The notes under the pieces were generated by a model. The model saw nothing but the letters and a program-made list of their open reading frames with translations, did not search any database and had not been told where the DNA came from. Positions 26,570 through 39,570 of a stretch of DNA of 64,000 nucleotides are shown piece after piece. The DNA is from Vicugna vicugna (lineage: Eukaryota). Position 1 is the first letter of the stretch; each line of letters opens with the position of its first letter. The stretch spans positions 2,451,599 to 2,515,598 of the forward strand of contig MU058584.1 of the NCBI GenBank assembly GCA_013265495.1. The letters run 5' to 3'. A program made the position numbers and the translations under genes.

Positions 26570-27190
26570 TGTGATGAGCTAGAGTACCAGCTGTGCTGCT
26601 AAAACAAAGAAGACCTACAACTACAGTAGCATAAACTAGATAGAAACAGTTCAGAAGTGGGCAGTCCAAGACAGGGAAGTGGCTGTCTTCCACAAAGTCA
26701 CCAAAGGGCCATCTAGTGGCTGGGCTGTCCCCTAGTGCATTGCCCTGGTTTGTACGGTCAAAGGGCCATTACTGTGTGTGTGCTCCAGCCCACACAAAGG
26801 ATAAAGCCCTGGAGATGCCCCTGCCCAATGCTTCAAGTCCAATTACTTGGCAAAATAAACGTTTATTTTACGCCACCGTATATTTTTGGGTCTCTTGGTT
26901 ACAGCAACACAGCCTGTAAATTAACTAAAACTAAAAGCATCCTCCTTCCCTTAAGATGATCTTTCTTCTAGGACTTCCTCAAAACTATGAAAATAGATTT
27001 CAGTCCTGCTTTAAAACATTGGCCTAAACTTGGCCACATGGTCACATCTCATTGCTAGAGTACTTAGGAAATGTAGTCTATCTGAAATCCATGCGCCCAG
27101 TTAAATTATTAGGGGAGGAGGAAAGGAGGTGGTTGTGTTACTAAAGGGAAAAAAGAGGTAGTAAGTTCTAGCCCTATTAGCAGCTTCTCC
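26570..27190 (-). mobile_element. Old MaLR LTR (MLT1J-like), degenerate
   Basis: cattggcctaaacttggccacatggtcacatctc…ggaaatgtagtct motifs typical of antisense MLT1. Confidence 0.5.
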
Positions 27191-27811
27191 CACGCCCAGT
27201 CTCAAGGCAACAGAAGGGACGAGTGATTCTGGTCCCTGCCAATCTAATCCATCATTGGTCCAGCCATATGGACTCGTGTCCAGGACCCAGTTAGAAAGAA
27301 CAGTATAGGGAAAAGGTAAAGATCACACATATTTAATTAAACGGTGGTTAAGCCTTTGGAGCACAAGCTAAATTGCTTTAGGGCCCCTCTCCACCCAAAA
27401 ATGGAGAGAGAATGTCTCATGTAACCAAAACCACTGTGCATTTATGTTTCCTTAAGAACTCAGTTACAATTCCTGGCAGATTTCAGGGTCTGGCTGCAGA
27501 TGGGAGAAACCACAGTGGTGCCATATGGGAGAAAGCAGTGTCTGGTAGGAGCCTGTGGTTCCTGATAGGAAGTAGTAGAACCATTGGCAAGAGAAGCAGC
27601 ATCCAGCGGGAGACTGAATGGTCTCGTTGGCAATGGCAGCCGTGCCAGGAGAGGCAGAGAGTTTGCTAAATGTGGTGGGACATCAGCACCGCCCCGGGGA
27701 GGCGGTGGTGCTCACTGGGGGCAGAGAGAGCAGCCGTCCCTGGGAACACTGCACGGGAGCTGACTGGCTTTATTCCTGGATTCACGTGAGCTGTCTCTAG
27801 AGGGCTGCCAG

Positions 27812-28903
27812 AAATATGTGTACTTGTGTGCATGAGTATGTGTGTGTGTATAAATGTGCGTGCATGTGTGTTTGGGACGGTGGGTCATGCAGGGAAACAA
27901 GTCCTGAGTAAACTGGTCAGAAAAGCCAAGTTTTCATCTTCCAGATATAAACGTTTTTTGAGGAAGCTCCCAGAACTTTTAGTACAGAGTAATTGCAATT
28001 TTTAAAGTATACAGTGGAGCTATAGTTTTTCATTTTTGAGAAAAGAAAATGGAGTTAGGGGTTTTAGGATTTCCCTGATGTTTTTCTTTCTTTAAAAAAA
28101 TTTTTTTTTAAATTGAAGTATAGCCAATTTACAATGTTGTGTTAATTTCTGGTGTGCAGCATAGTGATTCAGTTATATATATATATTTATATTTCTTTTT
28201 ATATTCTGTATTATTATAGGTTATTACAAGCTACTGAACATAGTTCCCTGTGCTAAGTGGTAGGTCCTTGTTGTTTATCTGTTTTTATATATAGTAGTGT
28301 GAATCTGCAAATCCCAGACTCCTAATTTATCCCTCCCCTGCCACCCAGTGTTTTTCAATCAGAAAGTTGTAGAACCAAAAGCCGAACCTGGGTCAGCAGA
28401 GTCCTAGAGGCTGCCTTTTAATATTTTGGTGTGTTCTCAAGTGGGATGATGTGTCCACTCATAGGAATTTCAGGGTTACCCACCAGAGCAAGGATCTGAG
28501 TGATGGGTGGACGTTTCCTTCACAAGGCAGAGCTGTGGCTCTCAAGATACTGTGCAACAGTGGGGAAATGTCAACGTTATTAATTTTTATAAAATATGCT
28601 AATGGGCTTCCCATTACTTCCTCTCTCATTATTCGGTGTTGCCTTTCTGCTTTTCTGACACTTAACTGTGACAATGTGACACTAAAAATATCAGGGCCTG
28701 CAGGTTCCCTGACCCCAAGCTCCTTTTCTTCCAACAGCTGGGACATTTGACCTTTGCCAGCAGGCTCTGCTTCAGAGTCAGAGCAAATCACTCCTCCCCA
28801 GCACACATTTTTTTTTTAATACTTTAAAAAGGTCATGTAGATGAATGTGTGTAGGCCATAGTAAGCCTTCAGCACATTTAAATATCCTTCTTTTTCTCCT
28901 CTT
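27812..28903 (+). repeat. Tandem duplication, copy 1 (1,092 bp)
   Basis: Runs from aaatatgtgtacttg… to …tttttctcctctt. Identical ORFs are offset by exactly 1,092 (28451/29543; 28459/29551). Confidence 0.97.
28090..28345 (-). mobile_element. L1 3'UTR tip (also present at 29182-29437)
   Basis: polyT followed by attgaagtatag…tttacaatgttgtgttaatttctggtg…atagttccctgtgct. Confidence 0.85.
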
Positions 28904-29995
28904 AAATATGTGTACTTGTGTGCATGAGTATGTGTGTGTGTATAAATGTGCGTGCATGTGTGTTTGGGACGGTGGGTCATGCAGGGAAACAAGTCCTGAG
29001 TAAACTGGTCAGAAAAGCCAAGTTTTCATCTTCCAGATATAAACGTTTTTTGAGGAAGCTCCCAGAACTTTTAGTACAGAGTAATTGCAATTTTTAAAGT
29101 ATACAGTGGAGCTATAGTTTTTCATTTTTGAGAAAAGAAAATGGAGTTAGGGGTTTTAGGATTTCCCTGATGTTTTTCTTTCTTTAAAAAAATTTTTTTT
29201 TAAATTGAAGTATAGCCAATTTACAATGTTGTGTTAATTTCTGGTGTGCAGCATAGTGATTCAGTTATATATATATATTTATATTTCTTTTTATATTCTG
29301 TATTATTATAGGTTATTACAAGCTACTGAACATAGTTCCCTGTGCTAAGTGGTAGGTCCTTGTTGTTTATCTGTTTTTATATATAGTAGTGTGAATCTGC
29401 AAATCCCAGACTCCTAATTTATCCCTCCCCTGCCACCCAGTGTTTTTCAATCAGAAAGTTGTAGAACCAAAAGCCGAACCTGGGTCAGCAGAGTCCTAGA
29501 GGCTGCCTTTTAATATTTTGGTGTGTTCTCAAGTGGGATGATGTGTCCACTCATAGGAATTTCAGGGTTACCCACCAGAGCAAGGATCTGAGTGATGGGT
29601 GGACGTTTCCTTCACAAGGCAGAGCTGTGGCTCTCAAGATACTGTGCAACAGTGGGGAAATGTCAACGTTATTAATTTTTATAAAATATGCTAATGGGCT
29701 TCCCATTACTTCCTCTCTCATTATTCGGTGTTGCCTTTCTGCTTTTCTGACACTTAACTGTGACAATGTGACACTAAAAATATCAGGGCCTGCAGGTTCC
29801 CTGACCCCAAGCTCCTTTTCTTCCAACAGCTGGGACATTTGACCTTTGCCAGCAGGCTCTGCTTCAGAGTCAGAGCAAATCACTCCTCCCCAGCACACAT
29901 TTTTTTTTTAATACTTTAAAAAGGTCATGTAGATGAATGTGTGTAGGCCATAGTAAGCCTTCAGCACATTTAAATATCCTTCTTTTTCTCCTCTT
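28904..29995 (+). repeat. Tandem duplication, copy 2 (1,092 bp)
   Basis: Head-to-tail with copy 1. No differences seen by eye, including homopolymer lengths. Confidence 0.97.
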
Positions 29996-32401
29996 TAGAA
30001 CTTCTCAAATTCTCTCAATATGGCAGAGAGGTAGAAGGTTGATCACTTGAAAGTCAAGAGAGAAACTTCAGATCTCCAAGGGCACATCTACAAAGCAAGT
30101 CTCAGAAAGTACCCAATGAGCTGTTCAAAGCTGGTCCCAAGGAACAGATGTGAGCCACCACTCCCCACTCAGGGACTTGTAGCAGGCATTTCTAACTGGT
30201 TACAGCACTCACTCTTGGTTTTTTTTTTCCGTAGCTTTAAAGTAAGGTGCAGCTCAGAGGACAGTCATCAGAACATTCTAGGCAGCCATTGCAAATTATT
30301 CAGAGTTAACACATGAAATGAAAACCATTTGCCATCCCTGCTCAAGTTCGTCGAGACAGGTACTCAGGTGAACCCTAATGTATAGCTGTTCTCGGTTGAT
30401 CCTATTTGGTGCTTTATGAGGAGGTCACGAGTCAAGAAGTTGAGCTCTTGTCAGCATCGCTCCTGTGTACGTTCTTGTTTATGGAGCTCAGTCTGCTAAC
30501 ATCCTTCACATCCCAGGCTGCTGCCACAAAAAATGTTTTGGATTATTTAACCCTAAATATTTCTTCTGTTAATCCTTTCACTCATCTGATCCCAGAACAT
30601 TTGTTAAAGAATCAGAAGACCTATATTTAAACTCTAATCCTTTCACTGATTTATGGGCAACGTACACTTGTGTGAGTTGCCTGAATTTATGAGCCCTGAT
30701 ACCATGTTTATATAGAAGTAGTCAGACAAGTTGGTCTCCAAGATCATTTGTCTTTGAAGTTCTATGATTTTGAGATGAAAACAGAGGGCAGGGTGGGAAC
30801 TTGACTCTAGAGGCCAGAGAGCAGACATCAATTTTTGAAAAAAATAATAAAGCAATGTTAGAACTTATTTTGCTATTTAGTAGTATTTTTGGTTACCATA
30901 CATGATTTTTACATATGCTATTCTGAGGCTAAAAATGATATTTTATTCATCATTAACATCTCATCATTTAATGTGATCATTCTATAAAACCATTATAAAC
31001 TCAACCTAATTTGATAGTTAATAGAAGTCCAATTCTCTGGATTGACTATTTCATGCCTTATGCATTAAATTATGCAATAATAGACAAAAATTATGTTTTT
31101 TTCTTTTGCCAAGTCTTATGCTAAGTATTTATATTTATTGCCTTGTTTAATCCTCTCAACAAAGCTATTAAGTACTTCTAGCCCTCGTAGGTGAGGCAAC
31201 AAAAATTTAAGGGCATTTAGTAATTTGCTGAAAGTTACACAACTAATAAATGTTAGAGCTTTTGAACCTTAGGATTTTGAACCTTAGCAGTCAGACACCA
31301 GAGTCCTGGCAACCCTGGGGACATGTGAGCAGTAGAATGTGCTTTAAAATGAAAAGAAAAGCTGATAAGCTATCTTATAATAAACAATATATAGTTTACA
31401 CATATCATAGTTATATGTAGCATTTTCCATAAACTATCCCGTAACAAAAATAACTGCTCAGAGGGCCTCTGGAAAGGAATGTCATGATTAGCAGTCCACT
31501 GAGTGGCCCTGTGATGCCTTCAGCACTGTGGCAAACACACAAAGGTCATGGCAGCTTGAAGTTCATATACTCTGCCTCTCAAGTGCCAAGGTCACTCCAG
31601 GATTTAGCCCAAGGACTGGTCTGCTGGAGCTGTGCAGGGCAGATCTGATTCCTTTTAAGAATCATAGCAGTCATCTCATGGGACCATAACCAGGAGGATG
31701 AGTATGTGCAGGCACACGTGGATGCAAGTACATATTAACGTGATGAGAGGGAAAGAGGGGGGAAGGGGAGGGAAGGGAGAAGCGAGAGAGAGAGACCGAT
31801 TGTCTACATTCTCAGTCTTTATACCTTAAACTCCCATTCTCTCTCCACCCTGCTCCAGTAAGATTTTCATCCTCAACCACTTCACTGGAACTCGACTTCT
31901 TGTCTATTTCTGTCTTCTAGAATGTCTCTGTGTTGGATCAGATATTCTGTCAGTGCTGTCTCTAGTTCCTAAAACAATGCCTGATATACAGTAGGCTCCC
32001 AGTCAGTTCTTACTGACTAGTTGACTGTAACTCGGGCCAAGTTACTCCGTACGGCTCCTCCTAAGGCTGTGCTCATGTGCTAAGTTCTTAGTCAATTAGG
32101 CCAGGTCATAAAAAGAAATGAGCCACGTAGGCTAAAGGGCAGATATCTCAAAATGAGATCAGTCTGCTGTCAATTGATTGGCTGGCTTTCCCCACTTCTC
32201 AGTCGAGGGTGACATCTTTAAGAAAAAAATCTATATTCCTCCTTCCATATTTTTAAATATCGCTGAACAAAATCTATTTATCATGGGAACTTTGCATCAA
32301 AAATGTCCCGGAAGACTGAGCAAGTGAGTTACTGCAGCCACCCATGATATTCTACTTGGAGACAACATTGAAACAGCCTACAGTCAAGACGCAGGTCTTT
32401 G

Positions 32402-33570
32402 TCCAGATACAATAAAACTCCTTGAGGAAAACACAGGCAAGACACTCTTTGACATAAATCCCAGAAATTTTTTTTTTGGAGCCATCTCCTAGAGTAATGA
32501 AAACAAAAGCAAAAGTAAACAAATGTTACCTAATTAAATTTAAAAGCTTTTGCACAGCAGAGGAAGCCATTAGCAAAATGAAAAGACAACCTATAGAATG
32601 GGAGAAAATATTTGCGAACGCTGCAACTGACAAGGGATTAGTTTCCAAAATATACAGACAGCTCATACAGCTCAATATCAAAAACAAAAAAACAAAGAAA
32701 CAAACAAACAAATACCAAACCTAAACAACCCAATCAAAAAATGGGCAAAAGACCTAAATAGATATTTCCCCAAAGAAGGCAAACAGATGGTCAACAGGCA
32801 CATGAAAAGATGCTCAACATTGCTAATTATTAGAGAAATGTAAATCAAAACACACCTGTCAGAATGGCCATCATCAAAAGGTCTACAAATAATAAATGCT
32901 AAAGAGGGTGTGGAGAAAAGGGAAACCTTGTACACTGTTGGTGGAAATGTAAATTGATGCAGTTATTATGGAGAATAGTACGGAGATTTCTTAAAAAACT
33001 ATAAATAAAGCTACCATATGATCCAGCAATCCCACTCTTGGGCATATATCTGGAGAAAACCCTAATTCGAAAAGATATATGCACCCCAATGTTCACAGCA
33101 GCACTATTTACAATAGCCGAGACACGGAAGCAACCTGAATGTCCATCAACAGATTAATGGATAAAGAAGATGTGGTATACACAATGGAATACTTCTCAGT
33201 CATAAAAAAGAAGAAAATGCCATTTGCAGCAACATGAATGGACCTAGAGATTATCATACTAAGTGAGGTAAGTCAGACAGAGAAAGAGAAATATCGTATA
33301 ATATCACTTCTACAAATGATACAAATGAACTTATTTACAAGACAGAAATAGACTCACAGACATAGAAAACAAACTTAGGTGAATCAAAGGGGAAAGGGTT
33401 GGGGGGGAGGAATGAATTTGGAATTCGGGATTAACCTACAATGGAAAAGAATCTGAAAATGAATACCTATTTGTATATGTATGTATAACTGAATCACTTT
33501 GCTGTACACCTGAAATATTGTAAATCAACAATACTTCAATAAAAAATAAAAATTAAAGAAGAAATTTTTT
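32402..33570 (+). mobile_element. 5'-truncated L1 (ORF2 3' end + 3'UTR + polyA)
   Basis: ORF 32476 contains [29 protein letters not shown]. 16-bp TSD aaga(c/a)gcag(g/a)tctttg at 32386-32401 and 33571-33586. Confidence 0.95.
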
Positions 33571-35386
33571 AAGAAGCAGATCTTTGAAAGGTAAAAAGGA
33601 ACACCTGGAGTCTGATTTTTTAATTCTATTTAAACTCTCCTTCAGGATAACATCACTTCTAATTTTGTGCAAGGACAATAGATCTAACCAAAGTGGAACT
33701 ATTCTTCGTTTTAAACAAACTGTGAAGAAAGTCAGGATGGCCAAACGGGATATGATACCAGCTTCCAGGCTTGGACATTATACAGACCAAGGTTTAAACC
33801 TAGGACCTGCCAAGCGTGGCTTCTACCTTGGTGAAGCATATAATCTCCCTGAACCTCAGTAATTAACGCCCATGAGGTACCTGGCAGATAGCAAATGCTC
33901 AACTTATCCTGGTCCTCCTTCCTTCCAAGTATGCCAGCAAGAATCCAGGCTCACTTTAAAAGCAAAGACATTGAAATGTGATCATTTATGCTAACAATGC
34001 ACTCATAAAATCTTAGAGATGGAGAAAAGAGCAAAAGACTTCAGACCCAAAGACTGTTTTTATTTACCAAGTAAATTACTACATAGTTCTTTGCACAGCA
34101 ATCTTCTAGTTTATATAGAATGCCTGAAAATAGGCTTTCCTTTCCAATAATCTCTTTGAAATAATCCAATCTTCATATAAAGAATGGTATATCTGCTCCA
34201 TTGTAAGGCATGGAGGAGAGGGCACAGCCTTGGGAAAACTCTGAAGTTGGTGCACACGTAGCCCCATCCACAGGGATGACAGCGAGTTCCTGGGACTATT
34301 GCTTCCCGAACACTTAGCTCAGCAGGGTACCTAGTGGAGGTGCCAGCATCGTCTTGCCAGAAAAGAAATCAATACCTACAAGAAAAGACACGTTCAGTTT
34401 TCCAGTCCTCCCAAACCATCCAAGGTCTGGTGACTCAACAGCAAGTCAGTGGGCAGAGGTCATTAGTCAGCCCTGGTGACTAGTGTTCTATGACCTTCCC
34501 GAAGAGGTCACACAGCTGCAAGGGCAGAGAGTGATGGGAGGGGTTCGAAGATTGATATGTCCATCTCTGTTCTGCTAAATGTCACCACTTTGGCCCTAGA
34601 TAAGTCACTGAAGCTTTTGAAGCTTTACCTTTCACATTTGTAAAGTAAGAATGTTGCCTTGATAGGATCTACAAAAGTTCTTCCCATGTCTAAATCCGTG
34701 TGTATGTGGATATTCATGTATTTTCTTCCTTATCTGATCCTGATTCTTAGCAGAAGGAGAGCTCTGTGTAGGAGGACTGGGTGTTAATAAAGACTAAGAG
34801 TTCTCTCCAGCTATGTCTATATGCTTTTGGTTTTTAGCTCTTTCCAAGGTGGTAATTGTGTGTGCCTGTATGTGCGTATGTGTGTGTGTGAAAGCAGTTT
34901 TTCATTTTTCTCAGTTGCTTGCGAATTTACTTTTAGTCTAAAAACAAGACATAAATGATCCAAGTGACAACATTGCCGCAGGGTAAAGTTACGGCTCAGT
35001 TTCCATTAATAATGGAGCAAGTAGTGGTATTTCAAGTGTGTTCATTGCAAAGCTTTTCTTACAAGGAGCACAAATGACGCCTGATAAAACATCTCATAAA
35101 GCTGTGCTTTAACGTGCACAGCTGAACTGGATGTGACTAAGAGTAGGATGAGATTGTCCCCTTTGGTCCTCAAGGCAAACTTTAGGAAACCTCACCTGCT
35201 TTTCCAATATGCAGTGGTGCACAAGGTCCTCTCTGGGATTGGGGCTGTTTGCACAGGTGCCCTACCAGTGTATTAGCAAAGATTTGAGGGGTAGTACTGA
35301 AAGCCTCAGGTTTCCAAAGCAGAGAATTAGATTTAAAGTCCAGCTCTGAATTGGCAAATTTTTGTAATGGATTGATTTTATTCAGT

Positions 35387-35520
35387 TTTTTTTTTTTGGT
35401 GGGGAGAGGTAATTACGTTTATTTTATTTATTTATATGTTTTTAATGGAGATACTGGGGATAGAACCCAGGACCTTGTGCATGCTAAGCATGCACTCTAC
35501 CACTGAGCTATACCCTCCCC
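35387..35520 (-). mobile_element. tRNA-derived SINE (camelid vic-1-like)
   Basis: Minus strand reads GGGGAGGGTATAGCTCAGTGGTAGAGTGCATGCTTAGCATGCACAAGGTCCTGGGTTCTATCCCCAG (A and B boxes), then an A-rich tail. Confidence 0.9.
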
Positions 35521-35974
35521 TAAATTTGCAAATTGTATTGAGAAATTCACTAAACTTTTCTACAGCTCATTTGGTGAGATGAGTTGAAGGCAACACTCCC
35601 TGTTTCACAAGGTTCTTATGAGAAGTCAGTAAAAAAAATATATACATATGTTAAAAAAGACTTTATAAAGATGGAATAGAAAGTTATTAGTGGTATAACT
35701 TAGTTGGTCCAGTTTACTAAGCTCTCTGACATGGGTGTGTTACAAGGACTTCTGCAATATGTCATATGAATCATAATAATGAATCATGCACTGGGTGAGG
35801 TGTTTCTCATTTTATCAAATTTTATCAGTATTTTATCAAACAACAACAACAAAAAACTCTGTGAAGTCAATATTGTTAGCCCAGTTTAACAGATGAAATA
35901 CCATGCAATCATAAAATGGAAGTTGGTAATCAACCCCAGGGTGCAGATATGGCCAACTATGACATTCACTTTCC

Positions 35975-38445
35975 ATCCCTCTCTCGCCACTTTTATTCAA
36001 CATAGTATTGGTGGTCCTAGTTACAGTAATCAGACAAGACAAGGAAATAAAAGGAATATAAATGGGAAAGAAGGAGCAAAATTGTCACTGTTTGCAGATA
36101 ATGTGATACTACACATAGAAAATCCTAAAGACACTATGAAAAAACTACTAGAACTCATCAATGAATTCAGTAAAATAGCAGTGTACAATATTAATACACA
36201 GTAATCTGTTGCAATTCTACACACTAATCATGAACCAGGAAGAGGAATTAAGAAAACAATCACATCAATAAGAATAAAATACCTAGGAATAAATCTAAGG
36301 AGGTAGGTCTATACTTGTAAAATTATAAGATGCTGATGAAACAAATTGAAGACAACACCAACAGAAAGATATACCATGTTCCTGGGTTGGAACAATTAAT
36401 ATTGTTAAAATGACCATGCTACCCAAGGCAATCTACAGATTTCATGCAATTTCTATCAAAATAACAATGGCATTTTTTAACAGAACTGGGATAAGTGATT
36501 CTAAAATTTGCATGGAAACACAAAAGGCTCTAAATAGCCAAAAACTTCTTGAGAAAGAAGAACAAATCATGTGCTCTGATATTACACCACAAAGCTACAG
36601 TAATCAAAACAGTATGCTACTGGCACAAAAATAGATACATAGACCAATGGAACAGAATAGAGAGCCCAGAAATGAGTCTATATTTATATGGTCTATTAAT
36701 CCATGACAAAGGAAGGAAGAATATACAATGGGGAAAATAAATAAATGGTGTTGGGAAAAATGGACAGCTACATGCAAAAGAATCAAACTGGACTACTCTC
36801 TTATACCATATGCAAAAATAGATTCAAAATGGATTAAAGGCTTAAATGTGAAACCTGAAACCATAAAATTTCTAGAAGAAAATATAGGCAGTAAACTTGT
36901 TGACATTGGTCTTAGTAATTTTGGGAGGGGGGATATGTCTCCTCAGGCAAGGGAAACAAAAGCAAAACTAAACAAATGGAATTACATCAAACTAAAAAGC
37001 TTTTGCACAACAAAGGAAACTATCAACAAAGTGAAAGGCAAACAATTGAATGGGAGAAGATATTTGCAAATGATATGATCGGTAAGTAGTTAATATCCAA
37101 CATATATGAACAGCTCACACAACTCAACATCAAAAAAAACAAACAACTTGATTTAAAAATGGGCAGAAGAATTGAATAGACATTTTTCCAAAGAAGATAT
37201 ACAGATAGCCAACAGGCACATGAAAAGATGCTCAACACAGTTAATCATTAGGGAAATGCAAACAAAATCACAATGAGCTATCACCTCACACCTGTCAGAG
37301 TGGCTATTATCAAGAAGAACACAAATAACCGATGTTGCTGAGAATGTGGAGAAAAGGGAACCTTTGTACACTGTTAGTAGGGATGGAAATTGGTGCAGCC
37401 ACTATGGAAAACAGTATGAAGGATTCTCATTAAATGAAAATAGAACTACCATATGACCCAGCAATTTCACTCCTGGGTATATATCTGAGAAAACCAAAAA
37501 CACTAATGCAAAAAGATAGATGCACCCCAATGTTTATAGTGGCCATAAAGAAGAATGAAATTTTGCCATTTGCAGTAACATGGATGGACTTGGAGGGCCT
37601 GATGCTAAATGAAATAAGTCAGACAGAGAAAGACAAATACTATAAGATATCACTTGTATGTGGAATCTAAGAAATACAACAAATTTGTGAATAAAACCAA
37701 AAAGAAGCAGACTTACTGTGGAAAATAGTATGGAGATCCTCAAGAAATGAAAAATAAAACTACCATAATGATCCAGCAATCCCACTCCCGAGTATTTATC
37801 CAAAGAAAATAAAAACACTAATCAGAAAAGACATATGCACTCCTACGTTCACTGCAGTGTCATTTATATCAGGCAGGCTATGGAAGCAACCTAAGTGCCC
37901 ATTAGTAGATAAATGGATAAAAATGTGAGATATATATATAAACTTATACACACATAATGGACTATTACTCAGTCATGAAAAAGAATAAAGTCATGCCATT
38001 TGGGACAATATGAATACATCTAGAAGGTATTATGCTAAGTGAAATGTTAGATAGAGAAGGACAAATACTGTTATGATTTCACCCATATGTAGAATCTAAC
38101 AAAACAAATGAACAAACATAACAAAACAGAAACAGAGTTACAGATACAGAAAACAAACTGTTGGTTGCCAGGGGGAGGCAGCAGTGTAGGAGAGAAATAG
38201 GTGAAGAAGATTAAGACATAGAAATTTCCAGTTGCAAAATAAATGTCATGGGTATGAAATGTACAGTGTGGGGAATATAGTTACTACACAGTGTCTTTGT
38301 ATGGTGACATATTGTAACTAGACTTAATGTGGTGATCATTTTGAAATATATAGAAATATCGAATCACTGCATTGTGTAACAGGAACTAACAGTGTTGTGG
38401 GTCAGCTAAACTTCAAAACCAAACAAACAAAAAGAAAAAAACAAC
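35975..38445 (+). mobile_element. L1 ORF2 (RT to C-terminus) with a second ORF2 3' end + 3'UTR
   Basis: Frameshifted ORF2 peptides: KLSLFADNVILHIENPKD (degenerate FADD RT motif), [40 protein letters not shown]. The ORF2 end restarts at ~37712. Confidence 0.95.
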
Positions 38446-38479
38446 GGAAACTGTATGTAGGTGCATCTACCTGCATCCA

Positions 38480-39570
38480 ACTTCACATTTGCTCCCAAGG
38501 GAACTGAAAAGCCACACCTATTGAAGCAAATGCCTCTATGTGTGCACAAGACCTCTGTCTCTTCTGCCCTTCTCAAGGGCTTCACTCCTGTTCTCCACTC
38601 TCTCTGTTTCATTTTCAGTCTCTCCCTTTCTGTTGGGTCATTCCAATCACCATGAAAATGGACTTTAGGGAAGCACCTGCCCTTGAAACCCTATCTCACA
38701 TTGGCTAATAGCCCATCTGTTTTCTAGTCTGCATAATTTAACCTTCTCAAACAATTGTCAGCACATGCCATTCCACTACATCACCTTTGCGTCACTCTTC
38801 AGTCCATTTTAGCCTAGTTTCTGTCCCCGTCACCCCACCGACATTGCCCTGCCTCCACATTTTTACCGCTGCAGTGCCTGCAAGCTCAGTTTCCAAATAC
38901 CAGCGCCTGCACTTCTTCCCCCAAGGCTCTTTTCTTGCCACTGGAGCCCAATTCGCCTCTACACAGCAAACCAGAAATGCCAGCAAATCAATGCCCTCTC
39001 CCCAATGCAGGAGCCAGACTCAACCAATGAGTGACCAGGTTTGACATTAAATAGTCCCCCTCCTGCTGAGCGACCCTCTGAGGGATGTTCTTTTAAAATG
39101 GCTCCTGGAGTTTCCCTAGTCATATTAATCATCAGTGGCCCGCAAGAGTAGCTGGCCATCTTTTCTTCCTGTCCCCCTCACTCTCTCCCTTACCTTCACC
39201 TCTTAAACTACTTCCACTTGAATCTTTGTTTCTAGGCTCACTTCTGAAGGAATCCAAACTGAGACAGCTTCCGTTAAGTTAACTCTGACACACATTTCCC
39301 TGTCTCACTTCATTGACCAGTTAGCAGCTTGTGACCCAGTAAATCGCCCCATCTTTCTTGAAAACTCTCTTCTCTCTGGATTTTTGGGACACCACACCCT
39401 TCTGGTTTCCCTCCGCCTCACTGGCTGATCCTTCTCCATCCTACCTTTCATATTGGAGTATCTTAAGCTCTGATCCCACATCTCTGGTCCTACATTTTCC
39501 CCTATGTTTTTCATCTAACTCCCATGTTTCTAACTCCAGCTGGTCCTCTCTTCTGAATTCCAGACTCACC
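38480..39570 (+). mobile_element. LINE-2 fragment interrupted by an LTR
   Basis: cttgaaaactctcttctctctggatttttgggacaccacacccttctggtttccctcc is L2-type text. Confidence 0.65.
38845..39266 (+). mobile_element. ERV-L solo LTR (LTR16-like)
   Basis: LTR16-type end tgaatctttgtttctaggctcacttctgaaggaatccaaactgagaca. 5' boundary approximate. Confidence 0.6.

Noticed and set aside
28451..29898. Identical ORF pairs (99 aa and 115 aa) suggesting duplicated genes
   Set aside because: They are a by-product of the 1,092-bp duplication and show no coding features.
31260..31290. Short direct repeats (ttttgaaccttag x2; also catttctggag x2 at ~18889 and cacagaactctg x2 at ~7617)
   Set aside because: Ordinary slippage micro-duplications with only two units and no spacer array, so not CRISPR-like.
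35455..35520. tRNA-like sequence with A and B boxes
   Set aside because: It is the head of a tRNA-derived SINE with an A-rich tail, not a tRNA gene.
35893..37670. Reverse transcriptase-like ORFs as a functional gene
   Set aside because: 5'-truncated L1 ORF2 with many stops and frameshifts and a degenerate catalytic motif (FADN).
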